A stretch of 64,000 nt of DNA from the NCBI RefSeq assembly GCF_018977255.1, contig NW_024704742.1, positions 134,294,001 through 134,358,000 on the forward strand. The letters are read 5' to 3'. The notes below the pieces were generated by a model. That model was not told where the DNA came from. It did not search any database and worked only from the letters and a program-made list of their open reading frames with translations. A program made the translations under genes and the position numbers. Shown in pieces: positions 24,135 to 36,486 of this stretch. Within the stretch, counting starts at the first letter, position 1; each line of letters starts with the position of its first letter. Source of the DNA: Callorhinchus milii. Lineage: Eukaryota.

Positions 24135-24535
24135 AACGGAACATTCCTCAGACGACAGCAGCAACCTTCCTTATAAATGCATTAAGGACCACATCTATCT
24201 CCCTGCCTTCTGTGCGCACAACGACTGGAACGAGTGGTGCAAGCCATAGTCATGACTCAAGCATGCAGCTAAAAATAACCCACCTGCCATCTTCTGACTC
24301 TTCAGTCTTTTCGTAATCCACCGCTGTTCTGACATGTGTTCGCCTTAAGCTCTCCATAGGTCACCTTAAAAATGAAAGGTGGCGAAAGACACGTTATCCT
24401 CTTCTGAATGACTATATTTAGTGCAGCCACCTCTGCTCTGAAGGAGGAGAGGACAGTAATAATGTGACAAGTTGTTTTCCACTTCTAAGAGCTACCGCCA
24501 CTGATCTGAGGCCCGAGATTCCACACTTGCGTCAA
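24135..24535. promoter_or_regulatory. Candidate muscle/cardiac enhancer in an ALPK2 intron
   Basis: MEF2 consensus sites ctaaaaataa (24269-24278) and ctatatttag (24412-24421), MCAT cattcct (24142), AP-1 tgactca (24253), E-box cacctg (24281), GATA cores (24195, 24394) and cacttg (24524), all in repeat-free DNA. Confidence 0.5.
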
Positions 24536-26589
24536 GTTCCGGTCACCGCCACATTACGGACGCCGGCCTCTGTCTCAGAGGCCTTGCAGAGTACAGCAAC
24601 GAGGATAATCCCCATTAGAGGAATGAGCTGTGAGCGATGATTAGACAAGCTATGGGCTCTTCAGTTCTCAAAGAGAACACATCCCTGAGGGGACCTTAAC
24701 GAGGTGTATAAAATTTAAATGGGATTGAAAACGTAAACCCAGAACAACACTTTAGCTGTACCAAGTGAGTGGAACAAGACATAATGATAAAAAATAACAA
24801 TAATGCTTGCGATTGATATTGTGCCTCATTGCTTCTTCGAGACATCCCAAAGCCCTTCACAGAATATACTGTAAAGTGCAGTGACTATATATTTTGTGGA
24901 CATAGGTTTAGAGTTGCAAAGGGCAATTTCAGGGCAGACACCAGGAAGTTTTTTTTTAATCAGAGGGTAATTAATGACTGTCACAGATTGCCAGGAAGAG
25001 GGTTTGAGGCCACGACAGTGGATTCATTTACCAAACAGGTTGAAACTGTGATGGGAAGATGGGAAGATTCATATTCAGAAAGAATAAGTTAAAATGGGCC
25101 ATCTTCAACCAAACCAATCTTGTGAACTTAGTTTGTTAAGCCAGAGAACCGTAGAAATTTACAGCAGAGAAGAAGGCCATTCGGCCCGTCGTGTCTGTGT
25201 TGACTCTTTGAAATAACAATCCTTTCAGGCCCATTTAATTGTCTTTTCCAGGATACCTTGAAAAATAACTCCTATTTATATATCGATCTAGTTCCCTCTT
25301 GAAAACGTATGTGGATTAATAGTTCGGGTGAGGCATTAAACCGAGGTCCCGTCTGCTTCTTCAAGTGGATGTTAAAGATCCTGTGGCACGATTTGAAAAA
25401 GTGAAAGGAGCTTCTCCCTTTGCCCTGGCCAAAAATCGCCTCAGATAAAATTGGTCATTCACTTTATGGGTGTGCAAATTGGCTGCTGCAATTTGTAATA
25501 TGTTGTTGTTGTTCCTCTACAAAATAAACAGTTATTGCATTTTACAGTAAAATCCTGTGAAGCATGAAATGAAAGGCACTATATCAAATGCAAGGATTAT
25601 TGTTGTTTTCTATCTGATCCCTACCTACATTTGTCCAGCACCTTGGGACGTCCTTCTGACATGAAAGGCACTAAAAAGATGTAATTTGTTGTTATTGCTA
25701 CAATTGCCTACAAAATATACGGTTGCTAGACTTTACAAAAAATACTGTGAAGCCCTTTGAGATGTCCTCCAGACATGAAAGGCACTACATGAAAAGTAAG
25801 GATTATTATTGTTATCTAAGGCATCTTTCTGATCCCTATCTACTCTCGGCTGCTGTGATCTTAAGGTAATCCCTGAATCTCAGATTGCTGTCTCGACCCT
25901 CACTACTTATGACTCACTGGGAATTTGTGATCAGCACTCAGTGGCAATTCAGCTCTGACTCATTCCTCACCAGTGTCCCAGCTACCTCTAATCATTCCTC
26001 TTATGGTCATCTAGCTCCAAGTGAACTTTACAGAATCAGAATGCTAAGCACAGAAAAAAAAAACATTCAGTCCATCAAATCTGCACTGTTAGTTTTGTCC
26101 ACACAAGCTCCCTCATCTAATCCCACTCTCTTGCTCCAGTTATCCCCAGATATCCTTCAAACCTATATCCGACTCTCTCTAGCTCTGATTTCCCTTCACC
26201 TCACCCTTTTCCTTGTCTCCTTGAAGACCCATCTCAAGATCCTCTTCTTCGACTGCGCCTTCGTTCACATTCCTACCCACACCCTCCCTGCCCTCCAGCC
26301 CTCCTGATCCCAATTCCCAGCATGGGTGCAAATCCTTGACTGTCCAGCGCCTTGGGACGTCTTCCCGATGTGAAAGGCGCTATACAAAAGTAATTTGTTT
26401 TTGTTGAGACTCCCACTCACATCGTCATCATCTACAGGTCTGCTTGTCAGACTCCTGACTCCTCCCTACACAAGCTGCAGACCATCCAGAACTCTGCTGC
26501 CCGTGTCTTCTCCTGCACTAGGCTCGCTCTCCATTCCCCAGTGGATCAAATTCAAGATCCTCCTCCTCACACCGAATCCTTCCACGCCA

Positions 26590-27873
26590 GTGGAGCAGGG
26601 CGAGGATGAGGGTAATGGGTTCACAGAGCTCATCCTCCTTGACCTCTCTGCTGCTTTCGACAGCGTCGACCACTCTATCCTCATCCACTGCCTCTCCTCT
26701 CACCACAACCTCCACGGCTCTATCCTTGACTGGTTCAGATCGTACCTCTCACACCCCCTGACTTCATCTCCACAAACGACCTCTCCTCTTGGCCCCGGAC
26801 AGTCCCGTGCGGCGTTCCTCAGGGCTTTATCCTTGGTCCCCTCCTCTTCAATATCTATTTGCTCCCTCTTAGTGACATCATCCGCAGACATGCGGTCAAC
26901 TTCACATGTATGCGGATGACAGTCAACTGTACCTCTCTGCCTCAACCCTCAACTCCAGGACCACTGCTGCCCTGACAAAATGTCTGTCAGACATCAAGTC
27001 CTGGATGAGAGCTAACTTTCTTTAGTTGAACGTCAACAAGACCGAGGCTCTCCTGATTGGCTCCCTTCAGCGCCTACTCACCTCAGGCGCTGACAGTATC
27101 ACCATCCATGGTTGCACACTCCACCTCATTAAGTCAGTCCAGAACCTTGGGGTCTTGTTTGACCCTCAACTATCCTTTCTACCCCACATCTGTGCCATGA
27201 CCCGCTCTGCCTTCCCCCACCTCCGCAACGTCGCCCGGCTCCACCACTGTCTCACACCAGAGGCCGCCGAAACTCTCATACATGCCTTTATTACATCGAG
27301 GCTCGACTATGCAAACTCATTGCTTGTCGGCCTCCCCAACTCTGCCCTCCACAGGCTACAGATCATCCAGAACTCTGCAGCCCATGTCCTCTCCTGCACC
27401 AGGCTCCGCAACCCTATCACCGCCATCCTTGCACAATTCCAGTGGCTTCCCATCACACAGAAGATACAGTTCAAGGTCCTGGTCCTCACCTTCAAAGCCC
27501 TCCACCCTTGCTCCCTCTGCGACCTCCTACCATCCTGTTCACTTTCTCCACTCAGTGGGCTCCGGCCTGCTTCACGTCCCCCACCTCGCTCACTCCACTA
27601 TTGGCAGGCAGGCCTTCTACCACTCTGCCCCACCCTCTGGAACTCCATCACACAGTCCCTCCGCTTTGCCTCCTCCCTTGCTACCTTTCAAGACCCATCT
27701 CAAGACCCTCCTCTTTGACCATGCCTTCTATCTCCTGCTTCCTCCCCTGCCCTCCATCCTTCCCCACCCCAACCCCCAGCTCGGGTCCATAACTCTGTCT
27801 GTCCAGCGCCTTGGGACATCCTCCCGACTTGAAAGGCGCTTTACAAATGTAATTTTATTTCTGTTGTTGTTGT
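26590..27873 (+). mobile_element. L2-type LINE 3' portion (RT to tail)
   Basis: [51 protein letters not shown]...LQIIQNSAA..WLPI, then a (TGT)n tail. Confidence 0.93.
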
Positions 27874-28423
27874 TAAAGCCATCTAAGATGAGGGCTGGAG
27901 CTGAATAGGAAGAATCTCAGCTCTCACTTGGGGTGATAAACCAGTGATTGAAATGGTCAGTTGCTTTTTAATAATAAGAATCATCGTTGCATGTGATACA
28001 GTGCCTTGGCACATCTTCGAGACGTCTCAAAGCTCTTCACAAGTTATACTGCAAAGCGAATTGCCTGTATATTTTGTCGGCAAAACCAGCAGCCATTTAC
28101 GCACAGCAGTGTCCTACAAAGAGTCACAAAATTATTATTTTGGCGGGGAAGCATTATTAGCCCCTGGAAAGAGCTCCGCCAATCGACTAACAATTGGGTT
28201 CCTATGTACTGCTAGGCAAGCAGAAGGCATCCGGAGCAAGGAAACTTGCCAAAGATTTTGCCTGGGCTGGGAATCGAACAAGTGTCCTCTCGCTTGTGAG
28301 ACGAGTGCTCTGTTGTCTTTTGAAGCGCTCTGAGACTCTACCCTGCATGGAGGGTGCTAGATCAGTGCAAGTTGTTGATGTGTTCCCCATTACCTCTCCT
28401 CCTCTCCCTTCCTTCCTCCCTCC

Positions 28424-28447
28424 ATCTCTCTCTCTCTCTCTCTCTCT
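28424..28447 (+). repeat. (TC)n microsatellite forming the polypyrimidine tract of ALPK2 coding exon 3
   Basis: tctctc run directly before ttag|ATGCAG. Confidence 0.9.
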
Positions 28448-28450
28448 TAG

Positions 28451-29896
28451 ATGCAGTGAGGACGATGCCACCATTTACCAAGCCTCAGCTAGAAGCAAAA
28501 AGGGGATCGCCATCTGCTCTGCACATCTGAGGGTGGGCTCTGTCACTGAAGCTCAGATCAGACAGAGAATGATGGACAGACTAAAGTTGAGACATCAAGC
28601 CAAAGACACAAGCCCAAACTCCATTGGCTCGGGGTCTGGGTGTGGGTGTGTGTCTGGGTCGGGTGGGCAGAAAGTAGGAGAAGTTCTGCACAGTGCTTGC
28701 AGTTCTCCACAAGAAGTGAGTGATAGCAAAGCACATTCTCCAGCTGTCAGTCGCTTCCCAAATAGAGATAAGGAGGCAGACCAGCTGGGAGTTAGATTGG
28801 AGCCTGTGAACCCAACGCTTCCTGAAGCAAGAGGGTCTCTGGGACTAGATCCCAGCCTTAACCCTGAGTTGGCTGCTGCAGATCGGAGCTGGAGCCTGGC
28901 TGGGTCTCCTGGGAAGCGCCTTGGAGCACTGGTTGAATCAGAGTCACAATTGCAACGTGTGAAAAACCAACCCATTACTGAAATTGCTATGCAACCTCAC
29001 AGCCCATATCCCGACCCCTCCCGGCGCCCGGGGAGATGGGTAGGGGTTGGGGCTTTCCCTCTGTGGGAGGAGGAGGACTTTCTGGATGAGCTGATGTGCT
29101 CTGATGTGATGAGTGAGACCGAGCAAGCTGTCTGGACCAAGGCTTTGAGCTGCCAGGATCCTCTCAGTCATGTTGTGAAATGGACAAGTTCCCTGGACAA
29201 CAAGCTGGTGATATGGACACAACCAGCAGAAGTGACCCTGGCCTCTCCTCTCCTCATCCAAGCGAGATCTACCATCCCACAGGTGAGGACACCTCCCCCT
29301 CCCAGTGGTGAGCACACCCCTTCTGGGCTTGTTGAACCCCATTCTGCACTTGTTGACCCCCATTCAGGGATCCTCGCCCTGCACCAATGCACCCAACGCC
29401 AAGCACAAGGCACCTGGTTGGGTAAACTTGGTAGAACATCACCCATTCTTCCTCCAGAAGGTCCTCACTTAGGGCGGGTGGATGCCAGAGTGGATCTGGG
29501 GGTGGGTGCCACTGGAGTGGGCCAGTTGGAAGAAAGCAGAGGGGGTGAGGTCTCAAGGGAGGAGTTGACACTCAAAGAGGCGTGTGTCCCAATCCTGGAT
29601 GACTCAAACTCCGCTGAAGTTCAGCAGAACCAGTCAGAAGAGACAACTATCGCTGCTCTGAGAGGGTTGGTCCTTCCACCAGGGAGCAAACCCAGGGGCA
29701 TTTGGGAAAGGTCTACAGTCAGGCTGATGGTGGGAGACACCGAGGAGAAGCCAGCAGACACCACAGCCCAGATCCTCTCCACAGTGGAGAGGAGCCAGGG
29801 AGCTCCCCATGCCTCACTCCAAGTGGAATTGACTAGGAAGAAAGCGGGGAACCGGAAGCAAGTTTTGGAGAGGAAAAGCACTGTGGGATCGATATG
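28451..29896 (+). CDS. ALPK2: ALPK2 coding exon 3: end of Ig1 plus low-complexity region (3' boundary and phase uncertain)
   Basis: After a (TC)n-tag acceptor it reads (R)CSEDDATIYQASARSKKGIAICSAHLRVG. Contains EEEDFLDELMCSDVMSETEQAVW, resembling the ALPK2 ..LEYLECSDVMTDYSNAVW motif. Strong donor G|gtaagc at 29896; alternative in-phase donor CAG|gtgagg at 29282. Confidence 0.85.
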
Positions 29897-30994
29897 GTAA
29901 GCCCACAACCTCTTTGTCATAACCTATCTGTTATGGTGAGTAGCATAGTGATTAGCACTCGCCTCGCAAGCGAGAGGACCTGGGTTCAATTCCCGGGCAG
30001 GGTGAAACCTTAAGCAAGTTTCCTTACTCCACACACTTCGGTTTACCTAGCAGTGAGTAGGAACCCTGTTGACAGACAAGCGCTCTGGGACGCTGCCCTG
30101 TGTGAAGGAGGGGCACATATAAATGCAAGTTGTTGTTGTTAGTCGATTGGCGAAGCGCTTTCCGGGGTAATGATCCTTCCAAAAAAAAGTTTGATCACTC
30201 AATCTATGACCGTTTATGAGACACTGCTGTGCGTAATTGACTGCCATGTTTCGTCCACAAAATACAGTCAATCCACAATCCACTACAGTACATCCTCTGA
30301 AGGAAGCGATAATCCTGGCATTCGATAAAGCCCCTTAGCCTGTCGTCAAGACGTCTCAAAGGGCTTCACAGGACTGTAAAAGTGACTGTGTGTATTTTGC
30401 GGGCAGTCAATTGCACACTGTAATGTCCCATTATTCTCACGCCCTCTCCTGCAGCCTGCTATTCTCTTCTCCTTCAAGTATGGATTGAGTTAGTCCTTAA
30501 ATACATTGGTGCTTTTTTGCTTCAACCACAGCTCTCGGGAGCGAGTTCTATATTCTCACCAGAAGTTCCTCCTATAAACTTACTGTCTTATATTTATGAC
30601 CAACAAGTGGAAAGAGACCACCAGCAGCCAGTTTATTGAATCCTAGAGTTAAAGAGCAGGTGGGGAGTTGCTAAAGAAATCGGCTTCCAAATGACAACAC
30701 CAACTTGTATTTATATGGCGCGCTTCATGTTTTGGAACACTTAACATAGTTGGGGTTGAACAAGGTAGGGGGAGAAGGGGAAAAGAAGACATGGTGAAAA
30801 AGGTAGGTTTTAAGGGGGGAGTTAAAGACAAAAAGAGAGGGATAGAAGCAGGGAGATCCGGAGATTAGGGATGTAGAATCCAAAGGCTCGGCCACCAAAT
30901 GTGGATCGGAGAGGGATTGGAGAGCGGAGGAGGGACGAGTAAGATTAGGAATAGATTCCACAATTCTCCGCAATCTTAAATTTCACATAATATA

Positions 30995-31367
30995 TAATAT
31001 AATAATCCTTGCATTTGAGATAGCACCTTATCTGCTATCTAAGGTGATAGCGCTTCACAGAATATACTGCAAAGTACAATGTATATTATGTGGGTGAAAC
31101 ACGGCAGCCAATTGCGCACAGCTGTGTCACACGGACAGTCGTGGATTGAGTGACCAAATTATTATTTTTTATAACAATTTTTAAAGGAATTATTACCCCT
31201 GGAAAAGTAGTCCGTCAATTGACTAACAACTGGGTTCTTACTTACTGCTAGGTAAACAGAGGCATGTGGAATAAGGAAACTTTCCTAAAGTTTCGCCCTG
31301 CCCAGGTCAAACCCAGGTCCTCTCGCTTGCAATAGCAGGCGCTCTAACCAATACACTACAGGAATCC
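30995..31367 (-). mobile_element. tRNA-derived SINE, long variant
   Basis: Reverse complement of the 19384/49017 type. Confidence 0.85.
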
Positions 31368-33569
31368 AAGGCTCCAGCAGTTAGGGGCATAGAACCAAAC
31401 TTGGAGCAGAGAGGATGGTGGAGAGCGCAACAAGCCTGCGTTAGACGAGCGGAGGAAGACAAGATTAGGACTGGGCTCCACAATTCTGCGCAATCTTAAA
31501 TGTTAAGACAAAATAGAGAGAAGGTGGAATTTCAAGCTGCACATTAGGAAAGAATGAGTTTGTGTTTCTCCACTACCAGCTGTTGAACCCAGTGCCTTTG
31601 CAATCTGAAGCGCAAGTGTGCATTGACTGACGGCTACTGCTGCTGAAATGAAAGATTTGAAAAAAAAGTACCCTATTAATAGAGTTAACACATCAAATAA
31701 TGTAGCGTACACTAACTAAAGGCGTATTTGATTCAAGCACCACTTTTAATACAAGACATAACCACAATGCAATCCACGACTGTTTGTGGGGCACTGCTGT
31801 GTGCAATTGGCTGCCGTGTTTCGCCCATAAATATACAGTGAATCCACTTTACAATATATTCTGTGAAGTGCTTTAGGACATCTCAACAACGTGAAAAGCT
31901 GCTGTAACAAATGCAAGTATTATTATTATAATGTGTAAATTTTCATTGTTCATTCCTGCTGTAAAGGACTAGACATAAACTTACATAAATGCAAGTTGTA
32001 GTTGAAATATGGATTTACATGAAGGGCAATATACACAACAAAAACTTACAATTATATAGCACCCTTCATGTAGGGTAAAGTCTCGGAGCACTTAACAATT
32101 GTGGAGCCTGAAGCCGAACCAGGGAGAAGTGGCCGTAAGCACAGTTGATGAAGAAGGTCTTCAGGCGTGATCTGTAAATGCGAAAACAGGGTGTAAGACG
32201 GAGGGATTGCGTGAGAGAGTTCTAAAGTTTCGGGGTGCAGTGGCTGAAGGCATGATGGTGGAACAGAGGGGACGAGGGGCAAGCAGGAGGCCAGAGCCAG
32301 TCGAGCAGAAGCAGCGGTGGTGGAGTGGGGAGGTGCCAAGGCATGAAGGCAAGTTGTTGTTGGGTCCCACCCAGGTCTAGATTTACTCTGTTTTCTTAGG
32401 ATTTCAGAGCGCCCGAAAGTTTTCAAATCCTGAAATGCGGCTTTAATTTTCAGAATGTTTTCCTCCAAGTTCTTTTGGAAACAATAGCTTTAAAATTAAG
32501 ACTGATTACAACAATATGGCACATTCTGCATGCTCTGAAATACTACATTGATAGAGTAAATCCAGACCCTGGGGAATTTCTCGTCAGTGGTAGTTTCTGT
32601 TTATGTATTGTAGAGTGGAGTCCTGTAGTGTATTAGTTATAGCTCTTGCCTCGCAAGCGAGAGCACCTGGGTTCGATTCCCAGGCAGTGTGAAACCTTAG
32701 GCAAGTTTCCTCACTCCACATGTCTCTATTTACACTTAATAGGAACCCGATTGTCGGATCACTTTTCCGGGGGTAATAATCCCTTCAAATAATAATAATA
32801 ATTTGGTCACTCAAACCGTGCGCAATTGGCCATGGCATTTCGCCCACAAAATACAATTCATTTCGTAATATATTCTGTGACGTGCTTTGAGACGTCTCAA
32901 GAACATAAGGCGCTATATCAAATGTTTGTGGGACACTGCTGTGCGCGATTGGCTGCTGCATTTCACCAACAAAAACAGTCAATCCACTTTACAGTATATT
33001 CTGTGAAGTGCTATGAGACATCTCAACAATGTGATAAGGCGCAGTATCAAATGAAATTATTATTATTATATATGTGTGTATATATAAAGCTTGTTAAACA
33101 TGGTCAATGTATTGCAACATTTCATTTGGAAATACTAGAGCATTTTAGGAGTTGGATTGCCTTATGTCCCAGTAGTACACAAGGTGCCCAAAGTGATCTC
33201 AGTTACGCCTTACTTTCCAATACAGCGAATACCAGGCTCAGCTGACCTAACGGAGAGATGACAAGCGAAGCCGGAGAGGTTACTAGGACATGGAAAACGC
33301 TGCTGAAAGCAGAACCCACAACGGCTTTTGAAAAGGGAACCGTGCAAACACTTAAAAAAAGAAAACATAGTAAGGGAAAGGAGCAGGAGAGTGGGAGTTA
33401 ATGGATAACTTTTTCACAGAGAAGGAGAAATACTATAAAATACTATGAGCTTTTGATTACCGTAGCATAGACAAAAAAAAGTACTGTTCCACCACTGCTC
33501 AAGATCTCCCAGTGATTTACATTGGCTGGTCTCATAGTCAGCACCATGTTTCACTGTGTTTTTTGGGGG

Positions 33570-33990
33570 CCAGCTGGGTGTCTGACACATGCAGAAACCC
33601 ATCAAGAGTATCCAAATCAAACTGAGAATTCCATGCATCCCACCTACATTTGGAAATCCCAGAGATAGATTGTTGGAATGGAATGCGCTCTCTCTCCCTG
33701 GAGGGACATATCCTGCTTACCTAATTCTGGAAAGTATTAGGCACAGGTTGGCAAGAGCCAAAGCATGGGGACCCCACAGTGCGCATTGGGGTAACTACTG
33801 GAGTCTAACCAGCTAAAACCGCACGCCCGTGCCATTGATAACATTGTCTGGCAAGCTTTCCCGTTGCTTGTCGAGCTAGGACCACCCTACCCGTTAGGGC
33901 TTTAGCTTGCAGGATTAACAGGAGCTGAGTGGGAGGATTCCCTGCCCCCAGTGACTGGTCTGCCCTCCGAGTCCTGCTGATGAGCCAGTC
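33570..33990 (+). repeat. Unclassified dispersed repeat (other copies at ~56310-56655 plus and ~50900-51235 minus)
   Basis: Shared blocks gtctgacacatgc, aaga.tatccaa, ggaatg..ctctct..gggac, gagt.taaccag.taa and gtc.agctagga..gtta.ggctt. Confidence 0.7.
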
Positions 33991-36171
33991 TGGCTGTGGT
34001 GCCACCAGCAGTGCGCTACAGGGGCTTATAGTAATGGAAAGGCTCTGACCTAAAATTGGAAACCAGAGAGTCTGATCCCTTCTTTTTCAAATGTATGTGT
34101 TTACTGCCCTTGTGTTTTCAGTCTTCCCAGTACTAACTAAGGATATAGTCTAAAGATTTGCCAACAAGTTATTTTTGTCCTAGAGCTTTCAGTACATTGA
34201 TCAAATGAAATATTTACTGGCAAAGCAGTTGTACATTTAGAGGGGGGGTCTGAGCACTCTGGGACACTACCCCGCGTGAAGGGCACTATATAAATGCAAG
34301 CTGTTGTATTGTTTTTGTTGTTGACGGAGGTTACATTATTGAAGAGCAATTTCATCTGGAATATATTTTATTTATGTCTAGATTTTACTTTATTTATGTA
34401 CGTTTAGTGCGTCCAGTTGTTGACAAGGTGTTGAACTTGTTTCTTAAAATAACTTACAACTTAGAAGCACTTTGGGATGTTTTCCTGACGTGAAAGGTGC
34501 TGCACCAAATGTAAGGATTATTATTATTATTATTATTATTAATATAATTTATTACCATTAACATTGCAAGCATGGACCCAAAGGGAGTCAAAGAGATGAA
34601 TAGTGCTAACAAGAAAGACCGTTTCCATTGAAATGTAATTCAGTATCTTTAAGAGGAGATAAACTGAGAATTATCACTAGAAAAGGGAGGTTCGATTTTT
34701 TTTTTGCCTGGCGGGTCATTAGAATATAGAATGCCTACCACAAATAGCTATTGAAACTGAGTCTGTAAAAACAGTTAAAGGGGACCTTGGTAATAGTAAT
34801 CATCCTTGCAATTTGATATAGCGCCTTGTCAATCTCTCAAGATGTCTCAAAGTGCTTCACAGAATTTTCCTCCGAAGTGGAGTGACTGAGGATATTGTAG
34901 GTGAACCTCGCAGCCATATGCATGCAGCAATGCCCCACAAACAGCCCTGAAAGTGAATGGCCCTCTTTATTTGATAGATTGTTGGCCAGGACACTGGGAG
35001 AAAGATTCAAAGAAAAAAAATATTATTGGGTATAGAGAAATACCACAAATGGCCATTGAAGCTGAATCCATAGCAGGATGTAATAATGCAGTCATATTAA
35101 ATTCTTGGATTTGACATAAGTGTCTTAACACTTCAAAATGTATCACATTGCTTTGTGGAAAGTAAAAGTGTAGTAACTATGTATTTGTGGGCGAACGACA
35201 CAATCTGAACATAGATAGAGATGTCCCACAAACAGGTGAATGACGAAATTAACTAAAAGGGATCCTTGAGGAAATCTAATATTGAAGGGTATGGAGAAAG
35301 GGTAAGAGAGTGGGATTAGGGGAGATGCTCTGGCGAGGGAGCGAGCACCAGCAGACATGAACATTCTAAGATCGCAGGACAGCTGACTAGAAAGCTGATA
35401 CCTGATCAGATTCCACAGCTCTCCAAGATCTTTGGCATCTGTTAATGTCAAGTGTAAACCAATGCTTTTCTGTTTTGTCTCTTGGCACTGCGTACAATAG
35501 CAGTGCTCAGTGACGTACGAAAGGCAGAATGAACTTGTGTTTTTACAGCGCCTATTCAGGTTGAAACTTCCCAACAACAACTTGCATTTTGACCAGCCTG
35601 AAAGGGCGGTGGAAGCAGGTTCAACAATAACTTTCAAAAGGGAACTGGATATATACAACACAACAACAACAAAATCGGGAGGACATCCCAGGACTCTGAA
35701 TAGTCAGAGATCAGGACCCGAGTGTAGTGGGCCAGGATTGGGATTAGGGTATATATACATGTAAAGAAACAATTCGCAAGGCTATTGGGAAAGAGCGGGG
35801 GAGTGGGACTAGTAGGATAATGCTTTCAAAGAAGCCGCTACAGGCAAGATGTGCCGAATTGCCTTCTTCTGGACTGTAGAATTTTTATGATTCTATATAG
35901 TGCCCTTCATGCAGTAAACGTCTTGGGAGTGCTTTACAGGAATGGGATTGGATACCGAGCAAGGGAGAGGTACCCCCTTAAGATGATTTGGGCCAGGACT
36001 TAAAGACAGAAAGCAAGTGGTGAAGCGGAGTGGTAGAGGGAGGGAGTTCCAGAAGTTAGGGGCAAAGGAACCGATGACCCTTGGGACATCCTCCTAACGT
36101 GCAAAATGCTATTATGGAATGTAAGAATTATTATCATTTCTTCCCATTGTTATTGTAAATATCGATAACTA

Positions 36172-36486
36172 AAATAATAATAATCCTTGCATTTGATATA
36201 GCGCTTTACACATCTTCTCGACGTCTCAAAGAGCTTCACAGAATAGACTGTAAAGTGAATTGACCGTATATCTGTGGGCGAAACGCGGCAGCCAATTGTG
36301 CACAGCATTGTCCCACAAACAGTCGTGGATTGAAAATGACCAATTTATTATTGTTTTGTTTTTTGGAGGGATTATTATTAGGTGTGTGGAGTAAGGAAAC
36401 TTGCCCAAGGTTTCTCCCTGCCTGGAATTGAACCCAGGTATCTCGCTTGCAAGGCGAGCGCTCTAACCACTGAGCTACAGGACTCC
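36172..36486 (-). mobile_element. tRNA-derived Deu-type SINE, short variant
   Basis: Same head, body and tail as 9670-9996. Confidence 0.88.

Noticed and set aside
27026..27908. Long ORFs (230 and 208 aa) as host genes
   Set aside because: They are L2 ORF2 remnants and their alternative frames.
28194..28450. N-terminal part of the 568-aa ORF
   Set aside because: It is SINE/L2 and (TC)n intronic sequence upstream of the acceptor at 28450.
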